Positions 51,619 to 61,379 of a DNA stretch of 64,000 nucleotides are shown here, in pieces. Source of the DNA: Caldilineales bacterium. GTDB lineage: Bacteria; Chloroflexota; Anaerolineae; JAAEKA01. The stretch is taken from assembly GCA_041391245.1 (NCBI GenBank), contig JAWKOJ010000013.1, positions 39,231-103,230 on the forward strand, written 5' to 3'. Each line of letters begins with the position of its first letter. The stretch's first letter is position 1. The notes below the pieces were generated by a model. The model searched no databases, was not told the origin of the DNA, and saw only the letters and a program-made list of their open reading frames with translations. A program made the position numbers and the translations under genes.

Positions 51619-52656
51619 TTACGCAATCTCGGCGCGTACCAGCGCCGCAGCTTCGACCATCACCTGCATTTTCTGGTTGGCCAGGAAGCGCGGCGTCTGG
51701 CTGAAGCCGCAGTCGGGCGCCAGCCACAACTTGTCCGGTGCACAGTGGCGCAGGCAGGCGCGGATGCGGTCGGCCACCACGTCCACCGGCTCCAGACTGC
51801 GGCCCTTGACGTCGATCACGCCGGCGCAGAGAATCTTGTCGCCGCCGTACTGCTCCCACAGCTCGACCTCGTACATGTTGCGGTTGGCAAACTCGATGTG
51901 CAGCACGTCCACATTGAGGTCCTTGAAGTGCGGGGCGAACACGGCGAAGCTGCGGTGCGACGTGGCCGGCCGGCCGCGGAAGTTGCCGAAGCAAAGATGA
52001 AATCCGATGGTCGCCTCGACACCTTCGACGCAAGCGTTGAAGATCTCCACCATCTCCTCCGGCCCCCCGTCGGCGATCCAGTAGGCCGGCTCGTCAAACT
52101 GGACGTGGGTGCAGCCTGCTGCCACGACTTCCTTCAGCTCCTGGTTGATGTAGGGCACCAGCGCCCAGGCAACCTCGGTCTTGTTCTTGTAGACCGTGCC
52201 CGGATCGATGCGGAACGCCTGGGTGACAGGGCTTTGAATCGGCGAGATCAGCGGCTTGTCCGTCAGGGTGCGGGCGTAGCGAAACTCCTCAGCGTGGCCG
52301 TAGCCGTCGGGCACGGTCAGCGGGGCGACGGCGCGGAAGGCGTCGAGCTGGTCGGGGCCGGGATAACCCAGCCGGCGCGGGAACTCCTGCGGCTCCAGTC
52401 CGTGGACCTTGCCGTGGAAGTGCCAGGTGAAGTCGGCGCGCTGCATCTCACCGTCGGAGATGATATCGACGCCGGCTTCCTCCATGTCGATGATGGCTAG
52501 CCGCGTAGCGTCTTTGAGCGCCTCGTCGATGTCGAAGGGCCCCATCTTGCCCTCGCCGACCGCGTCGCGCACGATCCAGATCCAGCCCGGCACGCCGTGG
52601 CTGCCGATCACTTGGGTGGGGAGAAGGGGAAGGTCAGTCGATTTGTAGGTTAGCAT
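51619..52656 (-). CDS. Cobalamin-independent methionine synthase II (MetE C-terminal-like) family protein
   Basis: 345 aa; LPTQVIGSHGVPGW, GVDIISDGEMQR, HLCFGN, LWLAPDCGF; GAGGAG RBS. Confidence 0.85.
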   Translation of the reverse strand: MLTYKSTDLPLLPTQVIGSHGVPGWIWIVRDAVGEGKMGPFDIDEALKDATRLAIIDMEEAGVDIISDGEMQRADFTWHFHGKVHGLEPQEFPRRLGYPGPDQLDAFRAVAPLTVPDGYGHAEEFRYARTLTDKPLISPIQSPVTQAFRIDPGTVYKNKTEVAWALVPYINQELKEVVAAGCTHVQFDEPAYWIADGGPEEMVEIFNACVEGVEATIGFHLCFGNFRGRPATSHRSFAVFAPHFKDLNVDVLHIEFANRNMYEVELWEQYGGDKILCAGVIDVKGRSLEPVDVVADRIRACLRHCAPDKLWLAPDCGFSQTPRFLANQKMQVMVEAAALVRAEIA

Positions 52657-52734
52657 AGTGTGACTCCTCAGAGCGGGGAAACGAGGGAACCCGAGGCAAA
52701 TGAGGGAAACATATAAACCGAGAGATTGGATCGA

Positions 52735-52998
52735 TCAGCGCAGAATACGATCATAGATGTCGTGTTTGCCGATCCAAAACCAGGTGATGGTGTCGCCGCT
52801 CAATACGCCAAGCGCCCGATAGTTCCTGGAAATTCGAACCGAATAGATCGGCTCTTCTGAGTCAACCCGCTTGAATTGGAGACTCGAAGCATTCGGCTCA
52901 ACTAGCCAGAGTCGATACGCCTTGTCCGCACGCAATTGAATGTCGACAGGCAAGGCATTGTACTGCTCCCAGAATTTCCTGGTCGTCCGCGATTTCAT
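52735..52998 (-). CDS. ParE/RelE-superfamily toxin
   Basis: 87 aa; FWEQYNALPVDIQLRADKAYRLW...YSVRISRNYRALGVLSGDTITWFWIGKHDIYDRIL. Confidence 0.7.
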   Translation of the reverse strand: MKSRTTRKFWEQYNALPVDIQLRADKAYRLWLVEPNASSLQFKRVDSEEPIYSVRISRNYRALGVLSGDTITWFWIGKHDIYDRILR

Positions 52999-53306
52999 CT
53001 GGCAGACAGCTTGTCATCTTCAATAGTCATCTCGCTGTTTCGCCTGCTTCGTATTCCTCAAGCGCCTCGCGCCATAGCTCGAAACAACTCGCGATTTTGG
53101 AGATAGACTTGATCCCAAGCTGCGTCTTCGGACGTTAGTTCCTCCGGTGTGATGTCCTCCCCAGGCCACTCATCCGCGACAGTTTGCGTCCGCAGCCAGC
53201 GGGCAAAGTCCAGTACCTGCACGGCGCGACTGGGCGCCAATTCTCTGACCGTCCTGATCAAAGTTTCCTCGAACCTGGTTTGCGGTTCAGCAGGTTGAGT
53301 CGTCAT
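52995..53306 (-). pseudogene. Antitoxin (DUF2281-like), one frame break near 53060
   Basis: ORF 53058..53306 (VRELAPSRAVQVLDFARWLR). It continues as EALEEYEAGETAEMTIEDDKLSAR, ending in an ATGA overlap with the toxin start. Confidence 0.55.
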
Positions 53307-53323
53307 TTTGAACCTCCGATTCG

Positions 53324-54208
53324 TCAGTTCATTTCATAGCCGCCGTCGACGTTGATTGCCTGGCCGGTGATGTAGTCGGCGTCGGCTGAGCAGAGGAAGG
53401 CGACGACGCCGGCCAGATCCTCGGGCGTGGCGGCACGCTTGAGCGGCACCTGCTGGATGAAAGCGGCCATGGCTTGCCCCTCCTTGGCGCCAAACAGCTC
53501 GGCCCGGTCCTGGTCGATCTTCGTCCACATGGGCGTGGGCACGATGCCGGGACAGACGGCGTTGACGTTGATGCGATACGGGGCCAGCGCCAGCGCCGCC
53601 GACTGGGTGATGCTGATAATGGCAGCCTTGCTGGCCGCGTATGGCGTGGACAGCGCGCGTCCGTGCCGCCCGGCGATGGAGGAGAAGTTGACGATCTTGC
53701 CGTAGCTGCCGGCCAGGGCCGGTTCGTCTGCGCCCGTGCCGCCCGGCTGGCTGAGCTGGTTTGTCAACACATCTGCCAATGCAGCGCCGCTGCGCAACTC
53801 CTCGGGCAACTGGCGGACCATCTGCTGCGCCACCGCCTGCAGGCAGAAGAAGGTGCCGCGCTGGTTGACATCTATCACGCGATCCCAGTCGGCCTCGCTG
53901 AGGTCCATCATCGGCTTGGTCTGGACCACACCGGCGTTGTTCACCAGGATGTCGATGCGGCCATAGGCAGCTACCACGTCGCGCACCATCGTCTGCGCCG
54001 CGTGGACGTCTGCAATGTTGACAGTGTAGGGCAGCGCCTGCCCACCGGCTGCCTGAACTTCAACGCTGGTCGCGGTTGCCGTGCCCGCGTTGTAGTCGGC
54101 GATCACCACAGCGGCGCCCTCACGCGCCAGCCGCAGCGCAACGCCCTTGCCGATGCCCTGCCCTGCCCCGGTGACGATGGCGACTTTGCCAGAAAATCGT
54201 TGTTCCAT
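53324..54208 (-). CDS. SDR-family NAD(P)-dependent oxidoreductase
   Basis: 294 aa; VTGAGQGIGKG, NNAG, YAASKAA. Confidence 0.9.
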   Translation of the reverse strand: MEQRFSGKVAIVTGAGQGIGKGVALRLAREGAAVVIADYNAGTATATSVEVQAAGGQALPYTVNIADVHAAQTMVRDVVAAYGRIDILVNNAGVVQTKPMMDLSEADWDRVIDVNQRGTFFCLQAVAQQMVRQLPEELRSGAALADVLTNQLSQPGGTGADEPALAGSYGKIVNFSSIAGRHGRALSTPYAASKAAIISITQSAALALAPYRINVNAVCPGIVPTPMWTKIDQDRAELFGAKEGQAMAAFIQQVPLKRAATPEDLAGVVAFLCSADADYITGQAINVDGGYEMN

Positions 54209-54220
54209 GAACGCCTCTTT

Positions 54221-54312
54221 CTCCTCCTCCTACTCGTACTCCTACTCCTTCTCCTGCTCAATCCGTATGTGGGAAGACCAGAAGAGTAGGAGTAAGAGGA
54301 TGAGTAGGAGTG
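54221..54312. repeat. Tandem-repeat hairpin, CTCCTACTC / GAGTAGGAG family (second locus)
   Basis: ctcctcctcctactcgtactcctactccttctcctgctc ... gagtaggagtaagaggatgagtaggagtg; intercistronic. Confidence 0.85.
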
Positions 54313-54317
54313 CGGGG

Positions 54318-55421
54318 TCAGTCCGGACAGGGCACCGCCTGGCACTCGTCGATGTTGACCGAGCGGTTCTCGGCGGCCGACAGGTAGGCAGCCTCCACGA
54401 CGCGCAGGGTCTGCAGGTTGTCGTGGCCGTCGGTCTCGGGCACCCCGTCCTCCTGGATGGCCTGCATCAGCGAGGCGGTGGGACCGATGAACGCGTCGGG
54501 GATCCACTTGCCCTCCAGCTTTGCCTCGAAGCGCTTCTCGGGATAATAGCGGGTGCTGCTCCACTGCAGCGTGTCCGGCCGGCCGTCGGGGTAGTTGTAC
54601 ATCGCACCCAGCGTGCCGGTGATGTGCCCTTCGGTGCCGATGAAGCGGAAGATGGCGAAATAGTCGTCGCTGTGGTTGTAGTGGTTGTCGGCGATCAAAA
54701 CTTGCAGGTCGGTGTCGTAGTCCATCACGGTGATCGTCTTGGTCTCGCCGACGATCTCGCCTTGCAGCGGGTTGCGGGCGTGGCGGCTGGTGATCCAGAT
54801 CGGGTCGCCCAGGATCGAGCGCATGGCGTCGATGTAGTGGATGCTGTGGTACTGCACTTCCAGGCGGGGCGATATGGCCAGCCACGGCCACATCTGCCAC
54901 GGCGTGTTGACGCTGACCTGGATCGACGCATCGACCACCTGGCCGATCCAGCCTTTGCGGATCAGCGTCTTGGCGGCCCGCAGCCCCTGGCCCCAGCGCA
55001 ACTGCTGGTTGACGGCCAGCTTGACGCCGCCTTCCCGCGCCAGCCGCACGATCTCAGCCGCGTGGGGCAGCGTGTCGGCCAGCGGCTTCTGGCAGAGCAG
55101 GTGCTTGCCGGCCGCGATGCAGGTGCGGGCAATCCCCAGTTGATACTGCGGCGGCACCGAGATCTCGACGATTTCGATGTCCGGATTGGCCAGCAACTCC
55201 TCGAGGCTGTCGTAAACGTGGGGGATGTCGAACTCTGCGGCCACCGACTCGGCGGTCGTCCGGTTGATGTCGAAGCATCCCTGCACGTTCAGCCCGTGCT
55301 TGATGTACGTCGGCAGCACGGCATATTGCACGATCCCGCCACAGCCGACGATGCCGATGCCGTAGTCGGTCTTGGGCGGCATGTGGGGTTTGTAGTCCAG
55401 GTCGAGTAGATCGTCGCTCAT
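54318..55421 (-). CDS. Gfo/Idh/MocA-family oxidoreductase
   Basis: 367 aa; IGIVGCGGIVQYAVLPTY, EKPLA-like QKPLADT. Confidence 0.9.
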   Translation of the reverse strand: MSDDLLDLDYKPHMPPKTDYGIGIVGCGGIVQYAVLPTYIKHGLNVQGCFDINRTTAESVAAEFDIPHVYDSLEELLANPDIEIVEISVPPQYQLGIARTCIAAGKHLLCQKPLADTLPHAAEIVRLAREGGVKLAVNQQLRWGQGLRAAKTLIRKGWIGQVVDASIQVSVNTPWQMWPWLAISPRLEVQYHSIHYIDAMRSILGDPIWITSRHARNPLQGEIVGETKTITVMDYDTDLQVLIADNHYNHSDDYFAIFRFIGTEGHITGTLGAMYNYPDGRPDTLQWSSTRYYPEKRFEAKLEGKWIPDAFIGPTASLMQAIQEDGVPETDGHDNLQTLRVVEAAYLSAAENRSVNIDECQAVPCPD

Positions 55422-55434
55422 GGTGGTTGACTCC

Positions 55435-55519
55435 TGCGTAGCGTAGTACGTAATGCGTAATCCGTAATCTGCACAGTCACTCTACCACACGCATCACGCA
55501 ATACGCATTACGTTTCAGC
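55435..55519. repeat. Tandem-heptamer hairpin (GTAATGC / GCATTAC family)
   Basis: tgcgtagcgtagtacgtaatgcgtaatccgtaatctg ... cacacgcatcacgcaatacgcattacgtttcag. The right arm overlaps the stop of the E1beta gene. Confidence 0.75.
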
Positions 55520-56491
55520 ATAGGTCACACGCTTGACAGCTTGCAGAATCTTGTCGGCATCCGGCAGCGCCTCGTCCTCCAGCGGCTTGCTGTAGGGCGT
55601 CGGGATGTCAAGCGCGCCGACGCGTTCGACCGGGGCGTCGAGATAGTCGAACGCCAGCTCCTGAACCAGCGCGGCAACCTCGGCGCCGACGCCCAGCCGG
55701 CGGTGCGCCTCGTGGGCCACCACCAGCCGGCCGGTCTTCCTGACCGATTCGACCACCGTATCGATGTCCAGCGGCACGGTGCAGCGCAGATCGATCACCT
55801 CGACGTCGATGCCATCCGCAGCAGCCAGCTCGGCGGCTTCCAGCGCGTGCAGCACCGTCCGCGACCAACTGACCACGGTCGCGTCGCTGCCGGGCCGTTT
55901 GATGTCGGCCTGGCCCAGCGGGATCGTGTACTCGCCGTCAGGTACCAGGCCCTTGGTGTTGTAGAGCAGCTTGTGCTCGATGAACATGACCGGGTTTGGG
56001 TCGCGCAGGGCCGACTTGAGCAGGCCCTTGGCGTCGTAAGGGGTCGAGGGCAGCACAACCTTCAGGCCGGGGATGTGGGTGAAGAAGGTTTCCAGGCTCT
56101 GTGAGTGCTGGGCCGCGTTGCCCCGCCCGCCGCCCTGCTGGGTGCGGATGGTCAACGGCACCTGCGCCCGCCCGCCCGACATGTAACGCATCTTGGCAGC
56201 CTGGTTGAAGATCGAGTCGGCGGCGACGTAGGCGAAGTCCATGAACATCAGCTCCGCCATGGGGTGTTTGCCGGTCATGGCCAGCCCGACCGCCGCGCCG
56301 ATGAACCCGGCCTCGGAGATGGGCGTCTCGATGACCCGCTCCGGCCCGAAGCGCGCCAGCAACCCTTCGGTCACCTTGAACACGCCGCCGTAGACGCCGA
56401 TGTCCTCGCCCAGCAGCACGATGTCCGGATCGCGCGCCATCTCCTCGATCAGGGCCTCGCGCAGTGCCTTGGAATATGTCAGTTCACGCAT
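55508..56491 (-). CDS. 2-oxoacid dehydrogenase E1 beta subunit
   Basis: Start at MRELTYSKALREAL; ETPISEAGFIGAAVGLAMTG, transketolase C-terminal-like end. Confidence 0.9.
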   Translation of the reverse strand: MRELTYSKALREALIEEMARDPDIVLLGEDIGVYGGVFKVTEGLLARFGPERVIETPISEAGFIGAAVGLAMTGKHPMAELMFMDFAYVAADSIFNQAAKMRYMSGGRAQVPLTIRTQQGGGRGNAAQHSQSLETFFTHIPGLKVVLPSTPYDAKGLLKSALRDPNPVMFIEHKLLYNTKGLVPDGEYTIPLGQADIKRPGSDATVVSWSRTVLHALEAAELAAADGIDVEVIDLRCTVPLDIDTVVESVRKTGRLVVAHEAHRRLGVGAEVAALVQELAFDYLDAPVERVGALDIPTPYSKPLEDEALPDADKILQAVKRVTYAET

Positions 56492-56509
56492 GTTTCGTAG
56501 CTTCCTCTG

Positions 56510-56664
56510 GGTAGGCAAGTAGACAAGTATACAAGTACACAAGTACACAAGAAACACGGAGACAAGGCGACAAGTACACTAGGGAAACAAGTAACCAAGG
56601 ATCCGAGTTCCGCACGTCCCCACTTGTCTACTTATGTACTTGTTTACCTGTCTACCTGTCTACC
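56510..56664. repeat. Tandem-octamer hairpin (ACACAAGT / ACTTGT family)
   Basis: ggtaggcaagtagacaagtatacaagtacacaagtacacaag ... cttgtctacttatgtacttgtttacctgtctacctgtctacc; intercistronic. Confidence 0.8.
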
Positions 56665-57514
56665 CCAAACTCACACCATAGAACGCCTGCGCCGTCTTGT
56701 AGCTGATCTGCTCCTGCTCGGCCGGCGAGCGCTCGGCCAGGATTTGCTTGTAGACGGTGAAGGCTTTGACATAGCCGCCGGCCAGCACCGAGACCGGCCA
56801 GTCGCCGCCCAGCATACAGCGTTCGGCGCCGAACAGATCGATGGTCCAGTGGACGAGCTTGCGGATGCTGTCGGCAGTCCAGCCTTCCCAGTCGCCGCTG
56901 GCCGTGCCGAGGCCGGAGATCTTGACGTAGATGTTGGGGTTCGATGCCAACGCCTGCATGTCCTCGCCCCACTGGCCGGGTTCGCCAGCCTGGAAAGGCG
57001 GCTGGGCCAGGTGGTCGATGACCATCCGCAGGTTGGGAACGTGCTCGCTAACCGTGGGCAGGCACTCGAGGTGCTCGTGTTTGGTGGCCACCACGTCAAA
57101 GGTGTAGCCAGCATCGGCCAGCAGTTGCAGGCTTTCCCACACGGCCGGCTGCAGCAGCCAGTGCGGGTCCGGCTCCTCGTGGATCAGGTGACGCACGCCG
57201 CGGAACCAGCGATTCTTGCTGAAACGTTCGATGGCTTTGGCAGTGTCGGCGGGATCCAGCAAGTCCGTCCAGCCGACCACGCCGATCATCCACGGGTAGA
57301 CGTCGGCCTGGTCCAGCATGTAGACCGTGTCGGCGTAGCTGTTGGCCGACTGCACCATGATCGTGGCCGAGACGCCGGCCTCCTTGATCTGCGGCTCCAG
57401 CTCGGTTGGCAGATAGGTGCGAAAGAGCGGCCCGTAGGCCGGCACCAGCCAGGCATACTCGACCTTGCTCAGGTCCCACAGGTGCTGGTGGCAATCGATG
57501 ATGGGGATGGTCAT
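56660..57514 (-). CDS. Amidohydrolase-2 family protein
   Basis: Start at MTIPIIDCHQHLWDL. Metal-binding HxH at the N-terminus, DH near the C-terminal part. Confidence 0.85.
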   Translation of the reverse strand: MTIPIIDCHQHLWDLSKVEYAWLVPAYGPLFRTYLPTELEPQIKEAGVSATIMVQSANSYADTVYMLDQADVYPWMIGVVGWTDLLDPADTAKAIERFSKNRWFRGVRHLIHEEPDPHWLLQPAVWESLQLLADAGYTFDVVATKHEHLECLPTVSEHVPNLRMVIDHLAQPPFQAGEPGQWGEDMQALASNPNIYVKISGLGTASGDWEGWTADSIRKLVHWTIDLFGAERCMLGGDWPVSVLAGGYVKAFTVYKQILAERSPAEQEQISYKTAQAFYGVSLG

Positions 57515-57557
57515 GAGGATGTTCCTTCTGCTTCGGGTGACGCAGGTTTTCGGTAAC

Positions 57558-57626
57558 ACGTGATGCGTAATGCGTAGGCCGGAGCCGAGTGCATTCTCAG
57601 TCTGAGTAACGCATCACTCGTTACTC
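57558..57626. repeat. Heptamer hairpin (GTGATGCGTAATGCGT family)
   Basis: cacgtgatgcgtaatgcgtag ... gtaacgcatcactcgttactc. Confidence 0.7.
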
Positions 57627-58593
57627 ATTTCGCAAAGACATGCTCTGCAATCTCGCTCACATCCGGCCACGGGCTTTCGAGGGCGAAGCGCTTGATCTCT
57701 TCCATTTCGTCGGCGACCTCGGCCTCGATCTCGGCGATCTCGTCAGGGCTGAAACCGAACTCGTCGATCAGGCGCTGTGGAAAGGCGGTGATCGGATCCC
57801 TGGCCCGCCATTCGGCCACCTCTTCCTTGCTGCGGTAAGGCTGGGTGTCGCCGACCATGTGACCGAAGAGGCGGTATGTCATGGCTTCGATAAAGACCGG
57901 ACCGCCGCCGCTGCGGGCATGTTCGACCGCCTCCTTGGTGGTCTCGTAGACGGCGATGGGGTCGTAGCCGTCCACCGTCATCGTCCTCCAGCCAAAGCCT
58001 GCCGCGCGCTCGGCCAGCGTCTTCGTACCGATCATCGCGCTGATGGGTGTCATCTCCGAGTAGAGGTTGTTCTCGCAGAAAAAGATAACCGGCGCCTGCC
58101 AGGCAGCTGCCAGATTCAGCGCTTCCAGTAGCATGCCCTGGTTGATCGCGCCGTCGCCGAAGACCGCCATCGCGACCTGGCCGGTCCTGTCCAGCCTGGC
58201 GCGCAACGCAGCGCCGACGGCAATCGGTGCGCCCGCGCCGACGATGGCGTTTTCGCCCAGCAGCCCGACGCTGAGATCGGTGTAGTGCATGGAGCCGCCC
58301 TTGCCCTGGCTGCAGCCGGTGCGCCGGCCCAGCAACTCGGCCATGCCTTCCTTGGGGTCCAGCCCTTTGGCGATGGCCTGGCCGTGGCCGCGGTAGGTGC
58401 AGGTCAGGTAGTCGTCGCGGCGCAGCGGAAAGACCGCGCCGACGGCGGTGGCTTCCTGGCCGATGCACGGGTGCAGCGAGCCGCGCAGCTCGCCGGCCAT
58501 GAAAAAGGCTACAGCCTGTTCCTCGAAGCGGCGGATCAACAGCATGGTGCGGAACATGCGGCGCAGATTGGCGTGGTCAAGTGACATAGGCAT
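57625..58593 (-). CDS. TPP-dependent 2-oxoacid dehydrogenase E1 alpha subunit
   Basis: 322 aa; HPCIGQEATAVG, GKGGSMH, GDGAINQG. Confidence 0.9.
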   Translation of the reverse strand: MPMSLDHANLRRMFRTMLLIRRFEEQAVAFFMAGELRGSLHPCIGQEATAVGAVFPLRRDDYLTCTYRGHGQAIAKGLDPKEGMAELLGRRTGCSQGKGGSMHYTDLSVGLLGENAIVGAGAPIAVGAALRARLDRTGQVAMAVFGDGAINQGMLLEALNLAAAWQAPVIFFCENNLYSEMTPISAMIGTKTLAERAAGFGWRTMTVDGYDPIAVYETTKEAVEHARSGGGPVFIEAMTYRLFGHMVGDTQPYRSKEEVAEWRARDPITAFPQRLIDEFGFSPDEIAEIEAEVADEMEEIKRFALESPWPDVSEIAEHVFAK

Positions 58594-58630
58594 TTCTCGA
58601 TGGACGATAAGGTTTCAGAAATCGCTCAAA

Positions 58631-58696
58631 GATTTCACGGATCACACGGATCGGAAACGGGAAGGTCTGATCCGTGAAATCCGCGTGATCCGCGAG
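58631..58696. repeat. Hairpin of the CACGGATC repeat family
   Basis: gatttcacggatcacacggatcgg ... tgatccgtgaaatccgcgtgatccgcgag; intercistronic. Confidence 0.75.
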
Positions 58697-58702
58697 CAAT
58701 TC

Positions 58703-59071
58703 TCAGGTCAGCGGCGGTGTGAAGATGCAGAGCAGCTCCACCGTGTCGCTGCCGGTGTTGACAAGAGCGTGTTCCAGGCCGGCGGGAATGGCGACGATCT
58801 GGCCGGCCGCGAAGTCGTGGTCGGTGTCGCCCAGGGTGAGCACGCTCTGCCCGGCCAGCACGTAGACGGTCTCGGTCTCCTTGACGTGCAGGTGGCGGCC
58901 GATGACGCCGCCGGGCGGCACCTGGACCAGGTTGACGCCGGCCAGCGGGTTGTCGGCAGGGCCCAGCAGCGACTTCATGCCGATGTCGCGGAAGCGCGGG
59001 TGTTGTGCCCAGTCGATCGCGTCAGCAGTAACGACTGAGGCGGGCGGTGATGGTTGTTCCATGGTCTTCAT
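58703..59071 (-). CDS. Cupin-domain protein
   Basis: 122 aa; PGGVIGRHLHVKETETVYVLAGQ...IPAGLEHALVN. Confidence 0.8.
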   Translation of the reverse strand: MKTMEQPSPPASVVTADAIDWAQHPRFRDIGMKSLLGPADNPLAGVNLVQVPPGGVIGRHLHVKETETVYVLAGQSVLTLGDTDHDFAAGQIVAIPAGLEHALVNTGSDTVELLCIFTPPLT

Positions 59072-59838
59072 CCGTCAACGTGGGCGGACGCGCCGTTGCC
59101 GCCGGCCGTGCGCATCTGAACGCGTGCCTGCAAGATATCGAGATAAAAGGCGATGTGGCTGGCCATGGCCTGGCGCGCCAGTTCCGAATCGCCGGCAGCG
59201 ACGGCCGCGGCGATGGCTTCATGCTGCGAAAAAACGTTTTCCACCGGCCGTGCGCCGTAGTGCTCCCAGGCGTAGAGAAAATGGTCGTGCAGTTGCTGGA
59301 TCAGCGGGGTCAGCAGAACGCCAAACAACTCGTTGAGAGTCGCTTCGGCCAGCAAGAGGTGAAACTGAAAATCCATCTCGGCCAGAACGCGCGGCGCGCC
59401 GGCGTGTTTGCGCATCTCCTGGCACAGGCGGCGCAGCTCCCGTCGCTCCTCATCGGAAGCGCGCACTGCGGCCAGCGCCGCGATCTCCACCTCCAGGACC
59501 CGACGAATCTCGGCCAGGCGCAAGTCGATGTCGTCCTGGTCCATCAACTGCAGGTACATGCGCAGCGAGCGCGAGATAGCTGCCGAGTCGGGTTGGCGCA
59601 CATAGACGCCGCTGCCGGTGAGCGTCTCCAGCACACCGCGCGCTTCCAGCGTCTTGATCGCCTCGCGCACGACCGTGCGGCTGACGCCAAACGCCTCAGC
59701 CAGATCGCGCTCGGGCGGCAGGCGATCGCCCGCGGCCCAGGTACCGTCCTGGATCAACGCAAGAATCTTTTCGACGACGCGCTCATAGAGGCGCTGTTCA
59801 CGTTCGAGCGGTTCGATGGCGTACGGTTTCGCGTCCAT
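59068..59838 (-). CDS. GntR/FadR-family transcriptional regulator
   Basis: 256 aa; LPPERDLAEAFGVSRTVVREAIKTLEARGVLE plus an FCD C-terminal domain. Confidence 0.9.
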   Translation of the reverse strand: MDAKPYAIEPLEREQRLYERVVEKILALIQDGTWAAGDRLPPERDLAEAFGVSRTVVREAIKTLEARGVLETLTGSGVYVRQPDSAAISRSLRMYLQLMDQDDIDLRLAEIRRVLEVEIAALAAVRASDEERRELRRLCQEMRKHAGAPRVLAEMDFQFHLLLAEATLNELFGVLLTPLIQQLHDHFLYAWEHYGARPVENVFSQHEAIAAAVAAGDSELARQAMASHIAFYLDILQARVQMRTAGGNGASAHVDG

Positions 59839-60070
59839 GGCGGCAGGGCAAGCGGGTGGGTTCTACCAGGTGGTACGATGGAATACCATCATACCTCTCA
59901 CAGGCGAGTTGTCAACTTTGACGGTTGAACGTTACGGCGCTTGGCGAATGGCGGAGGTAATCTGTTTGACAGGCCCGCCGGGAGCTAGAACCTCCCGGCC
60001 ACCAAGTGGAAGCCCCTTCGGGCTGCGAAATCCAGGGCCGCAGGCCCTTGCACGTTGTAGCCCGATCCGT

Positions 60071-60856
60071 TTACGGTCGGGCGGCGCCCGCCAACCCAGT
60101 ATCAACCGTTTGCGCCGTCACAGCCGGCACGCAGCCGATCACGTCAGCATCGTAGCTCATCTTCAGGCGCTCGCCGGGCTGCAGGACCAGAAAGTCGCGG
60201 TCCCAGTCGCCGAACAATAGCCGGCGCACCAGCACCATGTCACCCACAACCTTCTCGAAGATCCAGCCGCGCCGCGCCGCATCGTCGCGCGCCATCTGCT
60301 CGACCCGGCTGCCGTCGCCGACGCCCATCTCGATGAAGGCGGCGCGCTTGTAATGCGCCTGCCACTGGCCCATGACCTCCATCAGGTAGTCGGCGTTTTC
60401 CTTGCCGTATTTCGCGACGTATTCCTCGTAGACCGCCTGGCCGTCCGTGCCGCTGCCCGCGCCCAGCCCCATGCTGCCGCCGGCGCCGTCGTCACGCTCC
60501 ATGTAGTCCAGCGCGTACCAGTAGGTGCCGGGCTGCTGCTCGAACTGGGCGTCGTAGCGCTCGCGGCCGCCGAGGAAGATGGTAATGCAGTCATGGGCGC
60601 GCGGTACCACAACAGGCACGTCGCGGGCCGTGAGGCCGGCCGTTGCCTGGCCGCAGAGGCCGTAGGCCATCACGACTGCGTCGTAACCCTGGCCGGCGGC
60701 CGCGTCGACGTTCTCCTGCAAGCGGCCGCGTAGAATACCCGGTGTGTTGTGCAGCCCGCGCGGGAAAAGCTGGATATCCACGATATGCGGCGAGTGGGCA
60801 GCGGAGAGGTAAAGCGGGCGGGCCAGCACGTCACAGGCCAGGCATTTGAGTTTCAT
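60071..60856 (-). CDS. DUF1638-domain protein
   Basis: Start at MKLKCLACDVLARPLY; YDAVVMAYGLCGQATAG, PRAHDCITIFLG. Confidence 0.75.
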   Translation of the reverse strand: MKLKCLACDVLARPLYLSAAHSPHIVDIQLFPRGLHNTPGILRGRLQENVDAAAGQGYDAVVMAYGLCGQATAGLTARDVPVVVPRAHDCITIFLGGRERYDAQFEQQPGTYWYALDYMERDDGAGGSMGLGAGSGTDGQAVYEEYVAKYGKENADYLMEVMGQWQAHYKRAAFIEMGVGDGSRVEQMARDDAARRGWIFEKVVGDMVLVRRLLFGDWDRDFLVLQPGERLKMSYDADVIGCVPAVTAQTVDTGLAGAARP

Positions 60857-61379
60857 GGGGCGGCTCCTTGGGTTTGCGGAAGTTGACGCGGGCATTGTAC
60901 CGGGACTGCGCCGGCGCCGCAAACCATGGTCTTCAGAAATGTTACCACGGACGGGAAGGATCAGAGATGATCCAGCAAAACGATCCGTGTTTCCTTCCCT
61001 CTGTGAGTCGCGAATCCGCATGGCCGCCGCCAGGAAAAATCACGCACCGAACCCCACAGGTTGCGCTACGCCCTGCCATCCACGAGCCGTTGTTGGGCGA
61101 AAAAAGCCAGCGAAGCGTCTCTTCTTGACGAGGCGAGACACCTGCGCTTGCGCCGCAGGTGCAAGTGTGTTTCGCTACGCAGTGTGCACGTGTCTGTTGG
61201 CTGACCGAGCCGCTCAACATGACAATGGTGGGCATGTGAGAAGCCTGAACGGACGAATTGGTGCTTGACAAACCGCGCTAAGTCTTGTATAGTAGGTCTT
61301 ATGAAACCGATATCATGATATCGGTTTTCAATTGCCCCTCTTGCCGCCGCGGTTCTGCCGCCACTTCGAAGAGTTGACC

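Noticed and set aside
52657-52734. Leader of the MetE-like gene, considered as a possible SAM or B12 riboswitch.
   Set aside because: It is only about 78 nt and consists of the GGGAAAC-type simple repeat. It has none of the conserved riboswitch cores I can recall.
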